From positions 1 to 22,170 of the forward strand of contig JBAXBA010000063.1 in NCBI GenBank assembly GCA_037142195.1: 22,170 nucleotides of DNA, given 5' to 3'. A program made the translations under genes and the position numbers. The stretch comes from Pseudomonadota bacterium. GTDB lineage: Bacteria; Bdellovibrionota_B; Oligoflexia; Oligoflexales; CAIMVM01. Under the pieces are notes generated by a model that made no database searches, was not told the DNA's origin, and saw only the letters and a program-made list of their open reading frames with translations. Shown in pieces: positions 1-8,450 of this stretch (the first letter of the stretch is position 1; every line of letters begins with the position of its first letter).

Positions 1-65
1 GGAAATGAACTGCAAGCTTGCATGCGCAAGATTGCGTAAGTTTCATGTAGCGGAAAAGGAAGTAG

Positions 66-299
66 GTTCTGATCCCGGCGTACGATATTCTCGTCGAGAT
101 GCATGCGGCAAGAGCCAACCCTATTGATTTTAAGATCGGCAATAGCGACTTACGTCTTCTCATTAAGCGTGATTTCCCCCTTGTACTCGGTAGTGATGGG
201 GCGGGGGTAGTAAAGGATTTAGGAAGGCAAGCAACAAAATTCAAACCGGGCTGCCAAGTTTACTTTCGGATTCCTAAAAACCACAATGGTACTTTTGCT
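66..299 (+). pseudogene. N-terminal fragment of an MDR-family (zinc-binding ADH-like / NADP-dependent quinone oxidoreductase) gene
   Basis: The frame of ORF 99..386 reads ..PAYDILVEMHAARANPIDFKI..FPLVLGSDGAGVV..G..ATKFKPG..VY..GTFA, the GroES-like ADH_N signature. There is an upstream in-frame TAG at 63-65, and the homology stops at GTFA (about 299), where 'EY' would normally follow. Confidence 0.8.
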
Positions 300-723
300 C
301 CTGGGGAGTTTATAGAAAAACTAAGGGACTTCATTCCTCCCCCCAAAATCCCATTTAGTCAAATGGAGTGGGGTCTTTGCCCCTAACTCACCTTGTCGCA
401 GTAAGATCGTTCTAAAACCAGAGGAAAAGAAAGGCAGGCCCGTCAAAAGTGGCTGTCCAGACGAGAGCCCTATCAAAAACTCTAGTTGGGGTAAAATGCT
501 GGCTAAAGTCTTTGAAATCGATGTGACTCAATGTCAGCATTGTAAGGGAGAGATATCTATTGTAGCTGCCATCATCAAACCCAGTGAAGTAGCCCGTTAC
601 CTCAAGCATTTAGGCATTGAGCATGAACCCCCGGCCAGAGCTCCTCCTAAATACCAACAGGAGTTTTTTGAGTTTGGCTCCGCAGAAGATCTATTGGGAA
701 GCATGTCCACCATTGATAGCTGA
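294..723 (+). pseudogene. C-terminal fragment of an IS91/ISCR-family (Y2 HUH rolling-circle) transposase, +1 frameshifted at about 345-348
   Basis: The 99 frame gives FAPGEFIEKLRDFIPPPK. From 349, the frame of ORF 496..723 gives SHLVKWSGVFAPNSPCRSKIVLKP..NSSWGKMLAKVFEIDVTQCQHCKGEISIVAAI..V.RYLKHLG..PPARAPP. This matches the IS91-family pattern PPP.(H/N)L.RY.GV.APN..R ... W..L..VF.ID..C..C.G...IA.I....L.HLG. Confidence 0.8.
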
Positions 724-946
724 CATCTATGGTTAAGGCGAAGCTTTGTTTAAAAACAATACTCACGTGTATAGTCTAGGCGAACGGCTCCTTGCGGGAA
801 TGGCTAATGCTTACAAAATAAATTGAGTCATTCATTCTGGACCTAAAATCGCTGCGAAAGCTCACAGTTAAGCAGAGTCGCTGTTAATCTATAAAGCCTG
901 CGGCAAAAGGGTTATACTTTTAAAAGTTGCTTGATTTTTCTACCTA
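294..946 (+). mobile_element. Truncated IS91/ISCR-like element remnant (3' end of transposase to candidate oriIS)
   Basis: Transposase C-terminus followed about 205-220 bp downstream by GCTTGATTTTTCTACCTAC (929-947), resembling the ISCR/IS91 oriIS pattern (G.TTGA..TT.CTAT.C). Unrelated dnaJ-like sequence begins immediately after. Confidence 0.55.
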
Positions 947-1066
947 CTCACCTTCGCTTTGCACTCGAAGCCTCAGGCCAGTATCGACTCCTTGGGGAAT
1001 TTTTACTGTTAGCTTTTTATGTTCCGTAGTATAGCGCTTACTTTTACAGTTTTTGCACTTCTTAGC
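947..1066 (-). pseudogene. dnaJ: Internal fragment of a DnaJ-like gene (last zinc-finger repeat plus start of C-terminal domain)
   Basis: Minus-strand translation from 1066 is AKKCKNCKSKRYTTEHKKLTVKIPQGVDTGLRLRVQSEGE*, against the DnaJ consensus C..C.G.G....K.L.VKIP.GVD.G.R.R..GEGE. It has no start codon, several conserved Gly are lost, and it is absent from the ORF track. Confidence 0.75.
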
Positions 1067-1323
1067 TTCCGATGGGAAGGAATTCCTTTTGTCTCGTTTT
1101 CATGAGATGGAGCGTGCAGGATGAACGGATCAAATTCGGATCTTAGTGTTTAGAATTCCATATTCCAGCAATGAGTTGGTTTTCGCCTGCTTGGTCCGTA
1201 TTAATAAAACGAGCAACTTTTAGTTGCATCACCTAGTTAAAAACTTGTAGCGATAGGCATGAGAGATTTTAATGACTTCAATCGAGATAGGGAAGTCTTC
1301 TGTGTAATTTTAAATGACTCTAT

Positions 1324-2103
1324 TTAGTGCGCAACATTGGACTCTTGGGCTGGAGTAGGTGATTCTGTGGGTTTTAAATCATTGGTATTTGGCTTTAAAT
1401 TGTTCTCCATGCCTTTTTTAAGGCGAGCTAAGGCGACTTGCAATGTTTTATCATTGGGGGTAAGTTCGAGAGCCCTTGTCCAACTTTTGTCAGCCAAGTT
1501 TTTATGCCCTAGTTTCATAAGAATAGAACCTTTCATCTTGTACAGAAGCGGGCTTCCCGGATAGAAAGCCAGCAAATTGTTGATCTCAATGAGGGCAAAT
1601 TCATAGTCCTTCGACCGATAGAATGATCTGACTTTGGCGAGGCCAAGAGTATAGCTTGGTCCTTGGCTTTTATCAGTCTTTCCAACTCCCATGCTACGAT
1701 CCAACATAGCTGCCGTCGAACCTTGTCTGATTTCTATATCTGGCAGTTCAGAGAGTAGTTCTTTGTCCGAGGAAACGGGCGAGGATTCTTTTGATAGTTT
1801 TTTATCGACGTTTGTCTTTCCGGAAGCTTCGAGGGCTACTGGAATCTCTACTTCATAATTACGTCCTCCGCCCGGAAGCTGAACTTCATATTCTGCAGAG
1901 CCAGTATTTGATCGGATGAGGAAAGGTTCCTTCTTTTCAGAATCCCCTAGCGCTGATGTTGGAGCAAAGGGAAAGGAAATAGGTCCATTCATCTTGTCTA
2001 GAATCCGCTCATCTGAAGAGGGACTGTTAGAAGTGCAAGATGCCATTGCATAGAGCAATGACCCGAATAAATATCTAGAAGTTGTACGAGAAGACGATAT
2101 CAC
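1324..2103 (-). CDS. TPR-containing lipoprotein, function unknown
   Basis: GTG start with GGAGGT 7 nt upstream. Lipobox-like LLYAMAS-C followed by a Ser/Thr tether. C-terminal TPR-like helices (Y..KDYEFALIEINNLLAFYP..PLLYKMKGSILMKLG....A...W.RALEL.P.D). Confidence 0.8.
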   Translation of the reverse strand: MISSSRTTSRYLFGSLLYAMASCTSNSPSSDERILDKMNGPISFPFAPTSALGDSEKKEPFLIRSNTGSAEYEVQLPGGGRNYEVEIPVALEASGKTNVDKKLSKESSPVSSDKELLSELPDIEIRQGSTAAMLDRSMGVGKTDKSQGPSYTLGLAKVRSFYRSKDYEFALIEINNLLAFYPGSPLLYKMKGSILMKLGHKNLADKSWTRALELTPNDKTLQVALARLKKGMENNLKPNTNDLKPTESPTPAQESNVAH

Positions 2104-3259
2104 CCGACATACCTCCGCTAGTTTTTACAAATTCTTTGCCAATGAGAACGTTAGAAGGAACAAGATACGTAGTACCAACTGTCATAATGAACCGTTTTCC
2201 AAAAAAAACATCCCAGCCCAAACTTGCAGCTGGAGCGAGATAACCAGTCGCATAGAACCCGCCAAGACCAATATGATAGCCATTGCGAATTTCATCATAG
2301 GATTCTAGACTTCCCATGAAGTTTTGCGCATAGGTTGCTTGCAAGGCAAAGGCCGTCTTAAAGGGTTTGGCTTTGAGAGTTGTATCTTCTTCCGTCGTTC
2401 CGTCGGAGCTCGAACTAGTTGCTGCTTTTCCAGTAGTCGGATAGCTTTTAGAAATGCTGGCCATAGTCATAAAGACTCTTAGGGATAGCCCAAATTCTGA
2501 ATTTCGGTTATTGAATTTTTCGCTAGCCCTTAGATTTAAGGAAATAGCTGAATTGTCTGGAGAATTGCCAGACACGTTAGAGATACCTCCTGCCCCGACG
2601 CCCAGCGTATATCGAAATTCAGGACTATACTCATCTCCAGCTTTTGATTTAGCGATTTGGCTATAGTCGACAGCGACTTTCTGAAAGCGAGTTCTTAGGG
2701 TTTCGCTATTATAGGTCTTTGTCCATAAGGTTTCGCCAGAATCAATATTGAAAACTTCTATGGCGAGAATCATGTGGCTGGTGTGGTAGACAAGGAGAAC
2801 GTCGATGAAGTTTTCAATCCCCATCATTTTTGCGGCATCGCGGAGTTGAACGATGTTGGTGTCAGGAGAGGTAAGTTTTAATTTTCCTTCGATTAAGGTC
2901 GAAGTGCGGGCTTGGCAAGTAATGCAGTTAATGAGCTTTACATCTGAGTTTAGACGTATCCGTTCTGAAACAAGCAACTCTAGGTATTTTTCATAAGACT
3001 GAGGCAGAGATTCATTTACAGAGGTTTTTCTAATGGCAACATTCTTTAGCCCTGATACCTGACCATTTTTAACATCGTAGCCAAATTCGGTAAGCAAGTC
3101 CTCAAGCACCATATGAAACTGTCTCACATTGCCTTGCTGCATCGGAACCGTTTTATCTGCTTTTGCTTGAGGTTGCGCTTCGCCTGGATCTACGGAGTCT
3201 TCAGCGACTGCGTGTGCCGAAAAAAGTAACATCCAAGTAATAATGAAAACAGCTCGCAC
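2075..3259 (-). CDS. Exported protein with an alpha/beta N-domain (CsgG/TolB-N/LpoB-like, inferred) and a C-terminal outer-membrane beta-barrel
   Basis: GTG start with AGAGGTG RBS. Sec signal ending AHAVA. N-domain with a CITC motif and 'AAKMMG...EVFNIDSGETLW'. Amphipathic Gly/aromatic beta-strands from about aa 213, ending FSYNF (beta-signal-like). Confidence 0.75.
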   Translation of the reverse strand: MRAVFIITWMLLFSAHAVAEDSVDPGEAQPQAKADKTVPMQQGNVRQFHMVLEDLLTEFGYDVKNGQVSGLKNVAIRKTSVNESLPQSYEKYLELLVSERIRLNSDVKLINCITCQARTSTLIEGKLKLTSPDTNIVQLRDAAKMMGIENFIDVLLVYHTSHMILAIEVFNIDSGETLWTKTYNSETLRTRFQKVAVDYSQIAKSKAGDEYSPEFRYTLGVGAGGISNVSGNSPDNSAISLNLRASEKFNNRNSEFGLSLRVFMTMASISKSYPTTGKAATSSSSDGTTEEDTTLKAKPFKTAFALQATYAQNFMGSLESYDEIRNGYHIGLGGFYATGYLAPAASLGWDVFFGKRFIMTVGTTYLVPSNVLIGKEFVKTSGGMSGDIVFSYNF

Positions 3260-3287
3260 GATTCACCTCTTAGAGATTCTTAGAGAG

Positions 3288-3314
3288 GATTCGGCTTTTA
3301 GCTAAATTACTTTA
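3288..3314 (-). promoter_or_regulatory. Candidate sigma28 (FliA)-type promoter
   Basis: Minus strand reads TAAA-gtaatttagctaaaa(15 nt)-GCCGAATC, against the consensus TAAA-N15-GCCGATAA. It ends 28 nt upstream of the GTG at 3259. Confidence 0.6.
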
Positions 3315-3369
3315 GGAGGCATCAATTCCATTTGATTTCTTCAGGAGCTCTATAGGAAAGTAAGTGCGA

Positions 3370-4107
3370 CTATTTACTGGGATCATCTATGGGGGTGATT
3401 TTGCGACCAAAATAGTCTCTCGAATGGCTGATATAGCGATCCCGGGTATAGCGAGCGTAGCGATTGCTTCCCGTGGCGATATCCAAACTTTTTGACAAAG
3501 CTACAAAAATTGTCATTTTAGCTTGAAAGTGAGAGATCTTTTGGTCGATGGTTTTTAGGTTACCTGACATCTCTTGATTGAGTGCATGGTGCCCCGCAAG
3601 AAAGCACCAATGATACTGAGGTATTTTGTCCTTAATCATCGTGGAAATGGTAACACTAGCCGCCTTGAGGGAATCGCTATTCTTGGCGGTTTTGGTAACT
3701 TCAGCAAGTTCATCTAGGCAATTTTTAAGGGAGACTTGATTCCATTGATCATTGTCTAAAAGAAGATTACTTAGTTCCTCTGGGTCTTCCGATTTAGGAA
3801 ACTTTTGCAAGTCTCCCTCAGGCTGGGGCTGGCTGGAACTAGGTGTGACTGCACCTGAAGCTGGAGTCGAGCTTGTAAGGGGTGAGTTTCCTTTTAAGGA
3901 AGCTTCTATAGCTGCTCGACCCTCATCATCGGAAGCCTCTGGATCAACCGCCGAAGAGGCCACACTTTGGCCTGATAAGGAAATACTCGACGGGGCAGTG
4001 GGGTTAGCGGAGGCAGATTCTGATTTTTCGGTCGTGTTACAGCCTAAGCTCAATGCCAAGCAGAAGTATAGAGCCCGACCCAATAGTATATTTTCTTTCG
4101 ACCCCAT
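3370..4107 (-). CDS. Hypothetical lipoprotein
   Basis: Start moved to ATG 4107 (GGGGA upstream). Lipobox LSLG-C, long Ser/Pro/Ala-rich tether, and a helical C-terminal domain with two Cys. Confidence 0.7.
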   Translation of the reverse strand: MGSKENILLGRALYFCLALSLGCNTTEKSESASANPTAPSSISLSGQSVASSAVDPEASDDEGRAAIEASLKGNSPLTSSTPASGAVTPSSSQPQPEGDLQKFPKSEDPEELSNLLLDNDQWNQVSLKNCLDELAEVTKTAKNSDSLKAASVTISTMIKDKIPQYHWCFLAGHHALNQEMSGNLKTIDQKISHFQAKMTIFVALSKSLDIATGSNRYARYTRDRYISHSRDYFGRKITPIDDPSK

Positions 4108-4802
4108 TGCATCCCCGTTGTAAGTCCTGTGCTTAAGGCACCACCTATGATTTTTCCGTAGCGCAATTCCCACCAAAGTCCCGGTGGATCAGTTTTCAGT
4201 CCTGGACGTGAGCTAAGCTCGGGCTCTCCAGGACCCAGCAGGTTGCGTCCATTTATCTTAACAAAGCTTGCGCCAAAGTCTATGGAAGTCTGATGACGAT
4301 CTTGAATCTTAGTGTAGCTCACGCTTGGCCCAAAGTAAGCAAAACCAACTTGACCCATGGTATCCCCAATCGACCCTTCCCCAGATACCGAGAATATGCG
4401 TAGTCCTAGCATATATGGTGTCTCGTCTATTTTATGGGAGAACATGATTTGGGTAGTGGGATCCACTTGCCAGTTCTTATAGGCACCAGAAGTCTTAATT
4501 TTTGTGTAGTTGAGTCCGAGAGTGAGTTCCCATGAATAAGAGCATGGAGTCTTCTCATCCTCTTCAAGGGTGGGTTTGACTTTGATAGGGCGCAGTTTTT
4601 GATCTGAAGGTCCCGTTAAACTCTCTTTAAAACTTACATTTGGAACTCGCATGGGTGGACTATAGAGTTTCGGATCTATAGGAATGGGCTCGGCTGGCGC
4701 CGGATCTAAACTTGGAGGCAAAGGCGCATCGAGGATGGTTTCCCCGAGGGCAAACCAACTTTTTAAAAAAAGAAGGCATATCACGGATTTTATTGTGATC
4801 AT
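4050..4802 (-). CDS. Putative small outer-membrane beta-barrel protein with Pro-rich N-terminus
   Basis: Start moved to ATG 4802 (AAAGGA RBS). Signal peptide MITIKSVICLLFLKSWFALG, a Pro-rich segment, then alternating beta-strands (WELTLGLNY, YMLGLRIFSV, FAYFGPSVSY, TSIDFGASF, WWELRYG, YYWVGLYTSAWH). Confidence 0.7.
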   Translation of the reverse strand: MITIKSVICLLFLKSWFALGETILDAPLPPSLDPAPAEPIPIDPKLYSPPMRVPNVSFKESLTGPSDQKLRPIKVKPTLEEDEKTPCSYSWELTLGLNYTKIKTSGAYKNWQVDPTTQIMFSHKIDETPYMLGLRIFSVSGEGSIGDTMGQVGFAYFGPSVSYTKIQDRHQTSIDFGASFVKINGRNLLGPGEPELSSRPGLKTDPPGLWWELRYGKIIGGALSTGLTTGMQWGRKKIYYWVGLYTSAWH

Positions 4803-4970
4803 GATCGGTCCTTTCTGGTTTATCAATTTCGCCGAGGCTAAAATTTTAGGTCCCATCTCGGCCAAATTACACATTTAAACATCAGTTCCAGTTACAATAT
4901 ATAGGAATATCGATCCAGCGCGATAGATTAGAAATTTCTATTTTATTTCTTTACTCCACACGAGGTACAT

Positions 4971-6638
4971 ATGTCAGTATTTAGAATCAAAAATAAGAAC
5001 AGAGAGGCGAAGCCATCAGAAACTCAAAAGAAGGTGCCGATGGATATAGGTCTACCGAGTCTAGGGAAGCCTAAGAAATCAAATAAGCTTGCAACCATCA
5101 TTGCATTCCTTGGCTTTATTCTCTCGATAGGGGGATTGGGGCTCTACATAAGTGAGTCGCGTATGGGGCAAAAAGAGGAAGGCAAGCAGTACTTTCTTAC
5201 GCTTTCTATACTTGATAGTGCCAAACAGCCCCTACCTGGAGCTACCTTAAAAAGTCAACAAAGGGTTATCGGCACAACCAATGCTGCGGGACAATGGCTG
5301 AAGACTTTTGCCATAGTTGCGGGATCGGAATACCCAATCACCGTTGAGGGAACGGATAATCAAGGCCGAGCAGAGACAAAACATGTCAAACTTGTCTTTC
5401 CGCATTGGACAAAAACATCTTCAGTTATGAACCGAGTGATTCGCTTAGATACGTTAAAAAATTCAGTCCCAGATTCTTCAGCGTTGTCCACCCCTTCTGC
5501 GGGCATCTCTTCGCCTAATGAAGAAGGAAAAACGGCGAGTACCGAGGGCATCGTAAACGCACCCCAAGAAAATAAGCCTGCTGAGATTGCAAAAAACGAT
5601 GTGGTTCAGCCTAAAGTAGCTCTGCCTGCAGCACCCAATGCGGGTACCGAGGCTCCTCAAATAGCGATTTCTTCAAGCAATGCAAATCAAGGGACACCAG
5701 CCTCACAGGTTACCCCAGAAAAGGCTATTTCAAATAAATTAACCCCGGATAACCAGGGCAAAATTCCGGCCGTAAACTCCCAAGAAAAATCAGAACAAAA
5801 GGAAACACAGGCAATAACTTCTAAGGAGCCTCCTTTGTTACCTAAGAATTTGGCAAGCATTTGGTTTCGGACCGAAGGCAGCTCTTCTGCAAGCCCCCTA
5901 ACACGTGGGCAATCATTAGAGTCCATAAAAGAGAAGCTCCAGATGCGCGCAAAGTCTTTAGGTTTTACCCTCGATGAAAAAGCGAATTTAACACTTTCCC
6001 TAAAAAACCTAGATGGAAAATTGGGCAGTGAGGCTCAAGATGTCATTCAAGTAGAGGTGCGACTAGGGAATAAGCCGATGGAAACCTACCTTAGGAACTA
6101 TCAAGAAGATGCTCTCACGACTGCGAGACTGATTCTTTGGCGTGCAAGACTCTCCCTGCCCGTTGCTTATCAAATCAAAAAGATGGGAGATCGATTTACG
6201 GCCCTTCAGCCCCTTGAGGGTCCATCCCTTTGGCACCTCAGTGAAGGCACAAATCTAACAGACGAATCAGGTGCGCGGGGTGTTGTGGGTGAAGAGAAGC
6301 CGAAGGCTTTAACGGTTTCCGTTAGCGGAGCGCCGCGCTTTTGTTTGTCGGCAGCCGTTTGTCGAGCCCAAATCATACCGGGTGAAGTGAACCAAAAGGG
6401 ATGGAGCAAGAGAACCCTGACGGTCTTAGGTGCGAGTGGTCGCAAGCTTATGATTTTTGCAGCTGGCAATCCAGCCGTGGAATCCAAAGGAGAATTTTCG
6501 TATGAAGGCCAAGACAATGGATTTACGGTATTTACAGTTTTGGAAGAGGGGAAAATTATCTATCGGAATGCTCTGCATAATAATCTCTATCAGCAGACGA
6601 TTTTGACGCTGCCAGTCGCTTCCATCTCCCGCCGCTGA
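4971..6638 (+). CDS. Single-pass membrane protein with a carboxypeptidase-regulatory-like beta-sandwich, a long low-complexity linker and C-terminal domains of unknown function
   Basis: ATG with GAGGT RBS. Basic N-tail, TM segment LATIIAFLGFILSIGGLGLYI, motif 'LSILDSAKQPLPGATL....IGTTNAAG', and a P/S/A/E/Q-rich region at about aa 165-290. Confidence 0.75.
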   Translation: MSVFRIKNKNREAKPSETQKKVPMDIGLPSLGKPKKSNKLATIIAFLGFILSIGGLGLYISESRMGQKEEGKQYFLTLSILDSAKQPLPGATLKSQQRVIGTTNAAGQWLKTFAIVAGSEYPITVEGTDNQGRAETKHVKLVFPHWTKTSSVMNRVIRLDTLKNSVPDSSALSTPSAGISSPNEEGKTASTEGIVNAPQENKPAEIAKNDVVQPKVALPAAPNAGTEAPQIAISSSNANQGTPASQVTPEKAISNKLTPDNQGKIPAVNSQEKSEQKETQAITSKEPPLLPKNLASIWFRTEGSSSASPLTRGQSLESIKEKLQMRAKSLGFTLDEKANLTLSLKNLDGKLGSEAQDVIQVEVRLGNKPMETYLRNYQEDALTTARLILWRARLSLPVAYQIKKMGDRFTALQPLEGPSLWHLSEGTNLTDESGARGVVGEEKPKALTVSVSGAPRFCLSAAVCRAQIIPGEVNQKGWSKRTLTVLGASGRKLMIFAAGNPAVESKGEFSYEGQDNGFTVFTVLEEGKIIYRNALHNNLYQQTILTLPVASISRR

Positions 6639-6749
6639 AAAAATAGACAGACCCCGATCCCCATAGGCCTAGCTTTTGAAACGCCAGCTCTTTTTAAAAG
6701 GAGCCGGCTGTGATACATTTTTTCACTAACGCGCCTTTTGGGGGAAGTG

Positions 6750-8345
6750 GTGGGAAAGACAACGATATTAATCACCGGTGCACTGCATGAATCGGCTATG
6801 GCCTCATTTAACGGGACGGACGCTTTTGAAATTATCTATAGGCCTGATTGTAGCCGCGAGGAGCTGCTATCATTAGTTCCTAGGTGTCAGGTTTTAGTCT
6901 CTAGATCAGAAACAGATGTTGATAAGACCGTGATGGATGCTGCACACCAATTGAAAGTTATAGCTCGAGCTGCTGTAGGCGTGGGAAATATTGATATTCC
7001 TTATGCGACAGAAAAAGGGATCTTGGTTATCAACACCCCAGGAAAAAACACAAATAGTGCTGCCGAGATGACCTTGGCGCTTCTTTTAGCGATGATGAGA
7101 CATATCCCCGAGGCCTACCATAAAGTCAGAGAAGGCGGTTGGGATCGACACTCCTACACAGGACGTGAACTCAAAGGCAAGACCATAGGAATCGTCGGAG
7201 TCGGAAATGTCGGCCACCGAGTGGCCAAGTTTTGTAAGTCGTTTGATATGGAGGTCATTGCGTATGATCCCTATATCTCCACATCAGTCTTTCAAAGACT
7301 AAACATAACTCGCATGGAAAGCTTAGAAGATTTAGCAAGCCGCTGCGACATTCTTTCTGTACATGTCCCGCTTAATAAAGAAACCAAAGGTATGGTTCAC
7401 AGGGATATCTTAAATTTAATGAAAAAAGGTTCATGGATTGTAAATGCAGCCCGTGGCGGCATCATTTTGGAAAAAGATATTCTCCAAGCCTTAGAGTCTG
7501 GTCAACTTGCAGGCGCTGCTATTGATACCTGGGAAACAGAACCCAAGCCATCTCTAGCCTTAGTCTCCCATCCAAAGGTCTATGGTGCCCCTCATATTGG
7601 CGCTTCCACTGAAGAAGCCCAGCTTGCTATCGGGGAAACCATTTATGAGCAGGTAGTCAAAGCCATCGAAGGAGGCGTGGTGGATTATCCTGTAAATTTA
7701 CCACAAGTAGGGATCATTGAAAGTCCCCTCTTACGCCCGTATGCCATTCTTGCTGAAAAGCTTGGTGCGATGGCAGCTCAAATTCTCGATTTCAATCCAT
7801 CCAGAGTTATGATGGCCTATCGGGGGGATTTAGCGGGGCTGGACCACTCCCTCGTGAGACTATCGTTTATGAAAGGGTATGCATCACGGGTTGTGGATGG
7901 ATTTGTGTCTTTTGTAAATGCTGGTCAGCATTTTGAAAAGTTAGGACTCACATTAGAAGAGGATGCTGACCCTGGATTTGATTCCTATAGATCGGCTCTT
8001 AAGATAAAAATCTTTGGCTCTGGCGGTAAAAATTTAGCAATTGGTGGGATTGTCTTTGACTCTAAGTATCCTAGGATATCTCTTGTCAACGACTACTACT
8101 TTGAAATTGAACCTCAAGGAACCTTTCTTTTAGTTGAAAATGACGACAAGCCAGGAGTGATCGGAGCCCTAGGTACGTTTTTGGCGAGCAAGGCCATTAA
8201 CATTGACTCCTTTGACTTAGCGCGGAATCGAAAAGGCGGTCAAGCGATGGCAATGATTCGAGTGGATACACCGCCCGTGGACTCTGATATGAATCTGATG
8301 ACGAAACTTCCCAATGTGCTAGGGGTTAAGTTGTTACAACTGTAA
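6750..8345 (+). CDS. serA: D-3-phosphoglycerate dehydrogenase (long form with ASB and ACT domains)
   Basis: Motifs RAAVGVGNID, NTPGKNT, ELKGKTIGIVGVGNVG, HVPL, NAARGG, D..E.EP and PHIGAST.EAQ; C-terminal NDDKPGVIG ACT domain. Start is probably GTG 6747 or 6750 after GGGGGA (the ORF opens at 6738). Confidence 0.95.
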   Translation: MGKTTILITGALHESAMASFNGTDAFEIIYRPDCSREELLSLVPRCQVLVSRSETDVDKTVMDAAHQLKVIARAAVGVGNIDIPYATEKGILVINTPGKNTNSAAEMTLALLLAMMRHIPEAYHKVREGGWDRHSYTGRELKGKTIGIVGVGNVGHRVAKFCKSFDMEVIAYDPYISTSVFQRLNITRMESLEDLASRCDILSVHVPLNKETKGMVHRDILNLMKKGSWIVNAARGGIILEKDILQALESGQLAGAAIDTWETEPKPSLALVSHPKVYGAPHIGASTEEAQLAIGETIYEQVVKAIEGGVVDYPVNLPQVGIIESPLLRPYAILAEKLGAMAAQILDFNPSRVMMAYRGDLAGLDHSLVRLSFMKGYASRVVDGFVSFVNAGQHFEKLGLTLEEDADPGFDSYRSALKIKIFGSGGKNLAIGGIVFDSKYPRISLVNDYYFEIEPQGTFLLVENDDKPGVIGALGTFLASKAINIDSFDLARNRKGGQAMAMIRVDTPPVDSDMNLMTKLPNVLGVKLLQL

Positions 8346-8364
8346 GAGTGTCTCTTTAACTGAG

Positions 8365-8389
8365 GCCATAGGGCTTGCTGCCCTATGGT
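8365..8389 (+). terminator. Stem-loop downstream of serA
   Basis: CCATAGGGC-ttgct-GCCCTATGG, a perfect 9-bp stem about 20 nt after the serA stop; no good U-tract. Confidence 0.45.
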
Positions 8390-8418
8390 AGCTTATGGAA
8401 TGAGTTATTGCAAAATTC

Positions 8419-8450
8419 GGGTGAACCTTTTCAAGAAAAGTTCACCCTTT
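8419..8450. terminator. Hairpin between convergent genes, possible bidirectional terminator
   Basis: GGGTGAACCTTTTC-aa-GAAAAGTTCACCC (one bulge), followed by TTT on the plus strand and by AT-rich sequence on the minus strand. Confidence 0.5.

Noticed and set aside
2201..2208. A8 tract inside the OMP gene as a phase-variation switch
   Set aside because: A/T runs of 7-9 nt are common throughout this window and the reading frame is intact.
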